A stretch of DNA of 20,000 bases. It comes from Reclinomonas americana ATCC 50394 (taxonomy: Eukaryota). Where the stretch lies: the NCBI GenBank assembly GCA_048213135.1, contig PS015062.1, positions 60,651 to 80,650 of the forward strand, in the 5' to 3' direction. Position 1 is the first letter of the stretch; each line of letters starts with the position of its first letter. A program made the translations under genes and the position numbers. Of this stretch, positions 1 through 10,812 are shown piece after piece. A model generated the notes under the pieces. The model worked only from the letters and a program-made list of their open reading frames with translations, was not told the origin of the DNA and did no database searches.

Positions 1-12
1 TTGGTCACACAG

Positions 13-1279
<1,267 letters not shown>

Positions 1280-1503
1280 ATAGATGCCGTAGTGAAAACA
1301 CGCACCACGAGATCGCACACGGGTTAACCAATGATACGAAATCGTGTTTCACTCTATGCGAGCACAAGAAAGACACACACACCTAACCCACACACAACAC
1401 ACACACACACACACACGTAAATGCACAACACACACAGATGTATTCGTCGACATGCAAGCCGCGTTTTGATTCTCGCCGTTACCAGCAGGTGCCTAGGAGC
1501 AAA

Positions 1504-3009
1504 TTACCACTCCTCCTCACTGTCAGAGTCGCTGCGAGCACGCGCCTGCGTTGGCGGCGGCGGCGGCAACAGGGGCTGAGCGGGCGCAGCGACCGGCTCT
1601 GCCGCGGGCTCGGCGTGCGCAGCTGGTGCGGGCTCCGGCTCGGCGTGGTGCACCACAGGCTCCGGCTCGGCGTGGACTGGCTCTGGCTCCGCATGCACTG
1701 GCTCTGGCTCGGCGTGGACTGGCTCTGGCTCAGCATGCACTGGCTCTGGCTCCACGTGCACTGGGGCTGGCGGTGGCGGGGCAACGACTGGGGCTGGGGC
1801 TGGGGCTGGGGCCGGTGCAGGCGCTGGAGCTGGGGCTGGGGCGGGAGCAGGTGCTGGGGCCGGAGCAGCGAGCGGCTTGGGGGCCGGCTGTGTGAGCTGC
1901 ATGAGTGACAACAAGCGAGCCACAGCCACCACCACCACCAACAACAACAGTACGACAGACGCAACAGCAGCAGCAGGCGGAGCCGCGGCGGCAGCCGACG
2001 CGCTTGGGCCAGCGCGCGAGCCCGACGCACCAGAACCCGGAGTGATGTAGCTCACGTTGCCGTAGTTGGCACCCATCGACTTGACCACCTTGTCCATGAT
2101 GGCAGCCTCGTCAAAGTCGCCCGGCTCAGCAGCCTGCCACTCGACATTGATGCCCTGTGCACATACACATACCATGAGACCCCGACATGGAATACCGACA
2201 ACCAGCATGTATGCATGCAATCACCTGGAACAGGTTGGGCAAGTCGTTGTTGTAGCCCATGGCCGCACCACGCTTGAGCGGAGACACGCGCTCGCCCACC
2301 CACTTGACCAGCACAAACTTGGCGCGCTTCGACAGCTCATCGCCCGTCGCAATGCGAATCGTCGCAAATTGCACCTGCGCAATGCACAAATATGGTAAAA
2401 ATGTCGGGAATTCACCAACCAAGAGAGATTGCGGCAAAAGGCGTACCTTGGTCACATCCATCTTGGCCTTCACGTGCGACAGCACAGCGTCGGCGCCGAC
2501 AGCGCCCTTGTCTTGCACAATGAGGCGCTCCTTGTCAGCGGGAGAGATCTGCCATGCACACACACACACGCGCACACACGTTTAGCATGAGCGTGCGCGC
2601 ATGGAGCACAAGAGACACAGAGACGCAGAGAGAGAAGAGAGAGCGTGCGCGCGTCAGTTGGTCTGAACTGCACGACGGAACATTTCACAACCCACACACT
2701 AACTCTTACACGCACACACACGCGCGCACAGAGCACACACACACATGCAAGAGTCACAGCGCATGCACACACACAAAGGGCAAGCAAGTCGGGTGCGGGG
2801 GGAGGGAAGAGGAGGAAGAAGGGTGAAGTTTCATGGTGCCATGACCACACAAACCTCGTACAACACATCTGCGCCGCGCGAGGAGACGTGAGTGTATGAG
2901 AAAAGAGCGCGCACACACAGAGAGAGGGAAAAACGCAACAGTTGAGCGTGCCCTCGCGCAGCTGCTCGTACGCAGACGACTCGTTGCCAGACAAGAACTG
3001 AAGCGGCAT
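1504..3009 (-). CDS. Coactosin-like ADF-H actin-binding protein with Pro/Ala/Glu-rich extension and acidic-Trp tail (~305 aa). Exons 3009-2940, 2868-2855, 2548-2447, 2374-2225, 2154-1966, 1896-1504.
   Basis: TGDELSKRAKFVLVKWVGERVSPLKRG and KSMGANYG resemble coactosin motifs (GDxxSKRxKFxLIxWIG; GANY). Exon phases are consistent from ATG 3009 to TAA 1504. The tail has (AP)n, PPPP, (EPEPVHA)n and SDSDSEEEW*. Confidence 0.85.
1631..1763 (-). repeat. Coding minisatellite, ~21-bp unit encoding EPEPVHA, about 5-6 copies
   Basis: On the plus strand, ggcgtggactggctctggctc alternates with (c/a)gcatgcactggctctggctc, giving a 42-bp higher-order unit. Confidence 0.9.
1788..1870 (-). repeat. Coding 6-bp repeat encoding (Ala-Pro)n
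   Basis: (tggggc)n and variants on the plus strand; translation APAPAPAPAPAPAPAPAPAPAPAP. Confidence 0.85.
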
Positions 3010-3177
3010 GTTTGCTGTTGTGTGTGTGCGTGTGCGGTGATCTGCATGCACGTAAGCACACAAGCAGAGAGAGAACACAGTGTGAGCGCTGTGCTCACCC
3101 GAAGCGGTGCCGTATAGTGAGAGAGTGGATTTTGGACGTTCATCGAGTCAATCAACGTCGGAAGAAGCCTCTTATTA
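3010..3177. promoter_or_regulatory. Short divergent intergenic region, putative bidirectional promoter
   Basis: Only 168 nt separate the inferred start codons of the coactosin-like gene (-) and NOB1 (+). No specific motif was recognised. Confidence 0.5.
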
Positions 3178-5371
3178 ATGGCCGCGCCGCGCAAGACGTT
3201 CTCATACGCAGCAGCAGCTGCCAGTGCGCCTGCTCCTGTTGCTGTTGTCGACATTCCCGCTGTTCCTGCGCATGAGGAGCATACAGTCACGACAACAACG
3301 ACAACAACAGCTGCTGCTGCTGTCGTGCCTGACAGTGCATCCTCCGCTGCCTGCGCTTCCACCGAGATCAAGCAGATCTATGTGCTCGATGCAGGTGCGT
3401 GTGTGTGCAAGAAAAGAGGCTATTTTCGCTCGTGCACATGCACATGCACACACGCTTTCACCAGGCGCCATTTTCCGCGGGTTCCGCTCGCTGCCGAGTG
3501 CGCTGCCGTGTGAGTATGTGACCACAGAGGCTGTCATGCGCGAGGTGCGCGATCATCGCAGTCGACAAGCGTTGGGTGAGTCGCTCACGCACTCGTACAC
3601 TCACGAAAATGCTCGCACACTCACTGTGCTGCGCGCAGCGATGATGCCCGAGTCGGTGTCGACTCGTGTGCCGTCGGATGAGGCGGTGCGAGCGGTGATG
3701 GACTTTGCGCGACAGACTGGCGATCTGTACAACCTGTCGATCACTGATGTGGGTCTGATGGCGCTCACGTGGATGCTAGAGAAGGAGGTGAACGGAGGCG
3801 ACTTGTCGCACCTCCGCACGCAGCCGCTGGTGGTTCGTATCGTGTACACTTGCACGCCGGTCTCCGTTCATGCCGTTCATCTTGAGTCGTTGGTGGGCAG
3901 TCTCGTGCGGCACTGGAGCGCGGACTGAAGGTGGCACAAGATGCAGAGACCCGCAGGGAACGCGACAAGCACGAACCGGTCACAGCACCGGCACCAGTTC
4001 ACAAGAAGCAGCCGCCGCCGCCGCCGCAGCAGCAGCAGCATGCGTCTCATCACGCAGGCGCAGCAGTGGGAGACGATGGCTTTGTGACTATGCCCGGTGC
4101 ACCTCCGCCGGCGGTGCGGGCAGCAGTGGCGGCGGCAGAGTTCGCGGCCTTGTCACCCGAAGAGCAGGCGGCTGAGTTGAAACGGCGTGCGAGGCTAGAG
4201 TCACGCAGGCGACAGCGTCAGGCGCGCAAAGCGAGGCTGCGTGCGGCAAAGGCAGCAGCTGCAGCAGGAGGGGAAGGAGGCGCATCTGCGCCTTCTGCTG
4301 ACGCCGATGCTGACGATGACGACGGTGACAGTGGTGAAGAGCGTGTCGAGAGTGCGGAACATGTGGTGGCTGACGGGGAAGAGGAAGAGGAGGAGGAAGA
4401 GGAGGAAGAACAGCAGCAGCAGGTGACTTCAGTCGGTGGATCGTCGTCTGCAGCCGAGCCTGTCGAACCGTCCGGGCCGATCATGCGTGTCACATTCGCT
4501 GAGGAAGAAGACGACGATGACGGCAGTGGTGGTGACGAGCCTGACGACGGCAGTGATTCGGGTGGCGAATGGATCACACCAGAGAATGTGCGCGAGCATC
4601 TGTTGGCCGACGGCGTGGAGGACTCGGAAGAGCCGGTGGCGACAGGGCGTAGCACTGTGGGCTGTGTGACGACCGACTACGCCATGCAGAACGTGCTCAT
4701 GCAGATTGGCCTGTCGGTGATCTCACTGGAAGGCATGCGCATCCGCAAGACTCGCCACTGGATCAAGCGGTGTCACATTTGCCTGACGTTGCGTTGCGAT
4801 CCACTTGCGCCACGTCCGTCCCGTGTGCTCACTGCAGTTGTGCACGCAGATTGGTGACCGACATGAACAAGCAGTTCTGTCCGAGCTGCGGCAATCACTC
4901 GCTGCTGCGCATCTCGGTGACGGTACGACCAAATGGCGTCGTGCAGACCGTCAACTATCGGCGCAAGATCAGCACGCGCGGTACAAGGGTGAGCCGTGGT
5001 TGCTCACACAGTGCGTGTCGCGGTGAGAGGAACTGACTTTCCGTTGTCGCGCGTCGCACAGTATACGATTCCAAAGCCACGCGGCAACAAGAAGGAGAAG
5101 CGCATTATCGAGATTGAGGAGCAGTACCTGAAGGCGGTGCAGCACAGACCACGCAAGGTACCTCCCTCGTCTTTGTTCATCATTACTGTCTGCGCGCTTC
5201 TCACTCTGCCTCTTTCAGTCGCGAGGCGTCAACGTCCTGGACGCTGATTTTAACACGGAGACGCTCTTCAAGCAACACGGCAAGTACAGTGACGTGGTGA
5301 TTGGCGTGGGCAAGCGGAATCCGAACGAGGTCAGGCGCACTGGCCGCAGCAAGAAGAAGAGCAGGATCTAA
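3178..5371 (+). CDS. NOB1: NOB1, 20S pre-rRNA D-site endonuclease (PIN domain + zinc ribbon). Exons 3178-3394, 3465-3575, 3639-3832, 3901-4787, 4850-4988, 5062-5157, 5219-5371.
   Basis: Motifs VLDAGAI, EVRD, FARQTGDLYNLSITDVGLMALT, acidic insert ending EWITPEN, VGCVTTDYAMQNVLMQIGL, zinc ribbon CHIC...FCPSCGN, STRGTRYTIPKP and GKRNPNE. Six frame-consistent GT-AG introns. Confidence 0.95.
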
Positions 5372-5428
5372 GTTGCTTCTTCTAAACAGCGCCATTAAAC
5401 ATTGTGTACCGTGCATCTCAGCTGCGTG

Positions 5429-8400
5429 CTACCTCTTCTTCCTCCTCCTGCTCTTGCCCTCCGCTTCCTGCTCTTCATCCTCCGCGTCCACGTCGCTGTC
5501 GACGTCGTACATGCAGTCGACCAAGGAGACGCGCACGTGTAGCTCCTTCTCGGCCAGGATGTCGAGCAGGTCGCTGATCTCCTGGTCGGTGAAACCCGGC
5601 GCCAGCACCTCCACGATATCCAACCACAGTCGACGCGCATACGGACAGTCGCGCACGCCACGATACAGCACCTTTTTCGCCTTGTCGTACACATGGTCGG
5701 CCTCCTGTGTTCGCGCCGCCCCGCCAGTGAGCACTTGAAACCTTTGTAGTACACAGGCATCGAAGCAAGTGAACAGCACGCAACAATGCGCCCGGCCTTG
5801 TGCAATCGAAGCGACACTGCCAGCTCGAAACGCAAGTATTCACGCCACAACACGACCGAGCGCCGCGAACTACAGCACACAAACACGCACAGCGAGTCAT
5901 TTTCCAAAGGCCCATTTGACCGACAGGGAGGGGGTTGGACGTACTTGCGATTCTCCAGAGTGGACTCGAACACACTGCGAATGCGGTGTTCCGACGTCAC
6001 CTCGAATAGGCGTTCGGCATAGGCGGAGAAGATGGAGATCAGCGGACAGGTTGTCCGCGTCGACACATCGTCGAGTTCGCGGCGCATCAGAGCCTGCATG
6101 CGCGCACGAGCGTGGATCTGAATCAGACGCGCCAAGAACAGCGGGTGGCCGGGGTACCGTCGCAGCGCACGCATTACAGTCGCGCGCTCCATTCGAGGTG
6201 CCAGTGGCCGCCCACTGTTGGCATGCAATTCGAGAAGCCACAAGTACCTGCGCCACACAAACAAAGACAGCGAGCGAGTGTCACCAAAGCCGCCAGGGAT
6301 CACCCAGTATTTCAAACAACGGCACGCAACAGAGTCCACAGCTCCTCTTCCTCCACGTCGCCCAACGACTGCTCCATGGACTCGTCGTCCACGGACACCG
6401 CGAGTGACATGTGCGGAGTGCGGCAGGCTGGCCACTGCACAGAGAGAATCTCGTCGAGCGCACCGGCTGCGGCAATCATGTCCTGCGACTCGACCGCATA
6501 CACAAAGAGTGCACGGCACTTGAGCAGCTCCAGCATGCCCTCTGACAACACGCGGCGGCGTGACGATGTTGTTTTGCGTGAGGCCACCGACTGTACCACA
6601 CGACAAATGTCGCGGGCACGGTCCTCGTAGACCTGTGCAGCGCGGTGAGGAAATGAGGACACGGCTGAGCACAGACATGCACACATTTACGCACCCGACG
6701 AGCACGCAGAAGGCGCGTGCGCGGCACTGGAGCACCAGCGAACGGCTCAAACTCTGCGGTGTCGACGGCACTGACGAGGATATCTGCAGATGAAAGCAAG
6801 TGAGTGCAGAATGCCACATGCACTCAGCATTGCATCACAGCTGGCGCAACGGAGACATCGCTGCAACTCGCCCTGCTGCAACTCCATTCGTGCATAGTCG
6901 ACGTATACGGTCATGGACAAGTTGCGTTCTTCCGGGGGCAGAGACGCCAGATTGCTGAGCATTGTGTCGTATGCCATGCGTGCCTGCAAAACATTGCCGC
7001 ACCAGTCAGCGCGCCGTCCAATTCCACCAACCAACATCAAAACACACCCGGTCTCGATTCTTGTTGGCGTTCTCCAGCTGGGCGTAGTAGTTGAAGAGCA
7101 GGAGATTGGAAGATTGGTCCTTCAGCAGCGCTCGAGTGAACTTGATGGCTTGTGGTATGCTCTGCGGGGAAGGGAACAGGGTCAGCCAGCACCGCCACCA
7201 TTGTTGCCAATCCCGTCAAACACACACACACACACACACACACCGCTGACTTTTCGAAGTCTAGGAACGAGATGACCAGACGAGTATCGGCGGGGTTCGC
7301 ACGAAGAGCATTGGTGAACACATTGCGCACGAATGCGACGTGTTCGTCGTCGAGCTCCATCGGTCGTCGATCCCACTCCCACTTGCCCTCGGCAGTCTCA
7401 AACAATGACTTGAAGAGCGGCGTCAGCGACGTGCGATTCAGCAGCAGGTCGAATCGCGGTGCGTCGTTCACAGACATGCGACCGGTGAGCGCGGGTACAC
7501 CTGCGGCACAGTGTCAGCAACTGCCAGTCGGAGGGGGATAGCAGAGCCAAGTTCGCAACGCACCGATGAACTCAAGCAACAGACACACAATGTCGGCCTT
7601 GAGTTCCGGGTGCGTGATGGGGAAGATAAACTCGCGCAAGTCGTCAAAGAGAACGATGCGGTTCGGATCGGTTTCGGCGATTGCAGCGTCGAGCACCGGC
7701 CGACCGGGAAGCCACTGTGTCTCACTGGCGCGCTTCTCGCGTCTGTAGAAGCGCATCAGCACCTTGCGATCCACCGTCGGCTCACTCCGTTCTGCACACC
7801 ATGCGTAAGAGAGTGCATTTGTGACAATGAGCGCACAGTGACAGACAGCCAACCTTCAACATGTGCGTTCTTCTTCAGCGACGACATGGACGGCATGGGA
7901 GCAGGGGGAGGAGATGGCGGCTTGTCTGCAACGGTTTCCTCGCGCTCCTCACTCTCCGTGTCAGACTCATCGTCTTCGTCTTCTTCGTGCTCCTCTTTGT
8001 CGCCCTCCTCGTCGCTCTCCATCGCAAGGTCGTGTCGCTCCTCCTCCATCTCCAATTCTTGCAATTTGCGCCATCGCTCCCTCTGCGCCTCCTCATCTTC
8101 GGCGTCCTCTCCCGGCACAGGTGACCACCGACCCGGCTGCATTCATCATCACCAAAGGATGAGCGCACTCGCGCAAGGATGGGCAAGCAAATGATTTCAC
8201 CCGCACCAACATGGGGTCGTCGCCGTCGCCACCATCGTCGCCAGCGGCAGCGCGTGCTTGTGCACTTTCGAACTCATCAGCCCACGCGCTCCATCCTCGG
8301 GCCCCCGCCTCACCCATTCGCGGTGCTTCGCTCTCCCAGAAGCGCTCAAACTCGCGCAGCTGGTTGTCCCAGCGCATCACAAAGATCGGGCAGAAGCAAT

Positions 8401-10355
8401 TCAGCTCCACCATGGACTTGCGTGAGCAAAGCAAAGAAGTGATGAGTGAGGCTCGAGGCACAGGAAAGAGCGCAACCCACCGAGTTACACACCTGCAGCA
8501 GCGCAATGGCTCGCTCCGTGTGCCCCGCACTTTCCTCGATGTGACACAACCGGATGAGCATGCGCAGCATCTGCACCTCGATGTCGTACGACGTGAGATC
8601 GCGCAGGGAGGCATCGGTCTCCGGCCGCGGTCGCAGACCACCCTCCAGTCGTCGTTCACGATCTGCAGCCAACCCGCGTGAGTCATGAACCAAGGCAACA
8701 CAACCAAAAATCGTGGAGGTCAGACCTTCAACAGCACGCTTCACCGGCAACAGCGACGCGAAGGCATCGGCAAATGTCTGTCGCACCGACGACATGGTGA
8801 AATCGGCAAAGTTGCTCAACTTGAACGACAAGAACTCTTCCCACAGTCGCGGACTGCCTGGCACAGCCGCCAGAGCCTCCTTCCACCGTCGCTCGGCTTT
8901 TTCGTTCCTGTGCGCCGGCGTGAGGACGACACACATATGCACACACTCACAGATACCAGCGCAACTCGTTCAGCTGTTCGTAGGCACCAATGTACGCGGA
9001 GATGAGCGACACATTGTGCGGATTGGCGTCCAGCGCCCGCTGCAAAATGCTGATCTTCTTCTCGATAACAGATCGGATGTTGCGCCGCGCCGTGGCCGTG
9101 CCCGTGTTGGTCAGCATGGCGGCACGGTCTTGGAATCGAGCAAACTCCAACCAGAGCTGGATGTCATGTGGTCGCTCCCGAGTCCGCTGGTTGAACTCGC
9201 CGGTGCGTCGGAACAAAAACTGCTCCAGTGTCTCCCCAGCAGCAGCCTGCTCGCCAGAGGCGCCACTGCTACGCACTTGAGCGCCACCAAACCCATCACC
9301 CGTCTCCACGTCTAGCGACACAAACAGTGGCACCTCGCCACCAAACTCGGACGACGGTCGAAAGGCGTCACCAGCGCGCGCCATATCCGACCGCGACAAG
9401 TCGAGCTTCTGCACAGTCTTGGCGCGCTCCAACCGATCATAGTCGGTCATAAAGTACCGGCGACCAGACGAGCGCTACAAAAAAAAAGTCAGTCGGAAGG
9501 GACACAATGTACAGCAAAAAAAGACATGCGCATGCCTTGACAGCAGTCAGTTCTCCGGCAGTGATCATCATCTGGATCCGCCGACCGTGCCAGAACCGTC
9601 GCAGAGCCTCGAGCGGGTCCTCACCACCTGCGCACGACAAAGCGATCAGCAAGCGCCTCGTGGACTGCCAAGCGGGAACGACACAATTCACCGAGTCGCC
9701 TGTAACGCGGAACACTGGCACGATCCAAGCCGCCATACACGACATTGTTGGGATCGCCTCGCGTGTTGATCGAAAAGGCATCAAACGACGGCCTGCCACA
9801 GACGCACATGAGCACGCACCACACAAGAATGTGGCATGCAGAGAGACCACGCAACACTGCAGACACCGAGGTGGCACTCCGTCCCTCACGTTTCGCAATG
9901 CGTCGCTCAATGTCAATGATCTTCTCCACCTCGGTCTTCTTCTGCTTGGACGACTTTTTCTTGCGCTTCTCCTTGTCCTTGCTCTTGCTGCGTTTTCGAG
10001 AGCGCTTCCGATCCGGACTGCAACTCAACAATCAACAACAAACACACACTCTCTCTGTGCGTGTGTGTGTTGAGGAATGCACGTCACCTGTCAGCGTCAG
10101 AATCACTCGACGATGGCAGCGAGGACACCGACGAGGCATCAGAGTCGCCCGGAGACTGCAGACACATGCACACACGCATGCATGAGTGTCATCAGTCGCA
10201 AAGCGACTTGCCTCCACAACTTACCTCTTTCCTCCGTCGCCTCTTTTCACTGCGTTTCTTCTTGTGAGTGCGTGGTGCATCCTCGTCTGCTTTGGTCAGT
10301 GGAGGAGGAGGCGCGGTGAAGCTGCTCAATCGAAGCCAATCGAGACTCGCTGCGC
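5429..10355 (-). CDS. NRDE2: NRDE2-family nuclear exosome/MTR4-associated HAT-repeat protein, ~19 visible exons, 5'-partial (first exon upstream of the acceptor at 10356-10357)
   Basis: Spliced motifs SLDWLRLSSF, K/R-rich tract, RGDPNNVVYGGLDRASVPRYRR, FNQRTRERPHDIQLWLEFARFQD, EKKISILQRAL, AGHTERAIALLQSMVELN, FERFWESEAPRMGEAGARGW, DPNRIVLFDDL, VLWREYLRFE and KKVLYRGVRDCPYARRLWLD...EKELHVR. A few junctions (near 5742-5815, 8908-8956, 9475-9541) are ambiguous. Confidence 0.92.
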
Positions 10356-10391
10356 CTGTGACAACTCAGTGAGCAAGTGGCGTTTCTCTGC

Positions 10392-10560
<169 letters not shown>

Positions 10561-10768
10561 NNNNNNNNNNNNNNNNNNNNNNNNNNNNNNNNNNNNNNNN
10601 NNNNNNNNNNNNNNNNNNNNNNNNNNNNNNNNNNNNNNNNNNNNNNNNNNNNNNNNNNNNNNNNNNNNNNNNNNNNNNNNNNNNNNNNNNNNNNNNNNNN
10701 NNNNNNNNNNNNNNNNNNNNNNNNNNNNNNNNNNNNNNNNNNNNNNNNNNNNNNNNNNNNNNNNNNNN
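10561..10768. other. Assembly gap (208 N)
   Basis: Run of N. Confidence 0.99.
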
Positions 10769-10812
10769 GTGTTGTATAGCTTATTGCTGCTCACGAGCGT
10801 TCCACTGCGTAG

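Noticed and set aside
1438-2030. Trp-rich (1438-1908 +) and Ser/Gln-rich (1479-2030 -) ORFs
   Set aside because: They are antisense or alternative-frame shadows of the coding repeats in the coactosin-like gene.
3082-3110. Small inverted repeat gtgagc...gctcac and a possible UUCG loop in the divergent intergenic region
   Set aside because: The stems are 6 bp or less, which is expected by chance.
3931-4620. Long acidic low-complexity insertion in NOB1
   Set aside because: Eukaryotic NOB1 normally has a variable acidic insert in the PIN domain ending at WITPxN.
4878-4889. CPSC in NOB1 identical to the TrxR tail motif
   Set aside because: This is the normal zinc-ribbon knuckle of NOB1, so the match is coincidence.
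5395-6819. 474-aa minus-strand ORF
   Set aside because: It reads through NRDE2 introns and off-frame exons. Only part (about 5945-6247 and one short following exon) is in the true frame.
10769-10812. VLYSLLLLTSVPLRS as a signal peptide for the repeat protein
   Set aside because: It is out of frame with the first repeat and stops at ~10853. The segment has a CTCAC branch-like motif and TAG acceptor, so it is an intron end.
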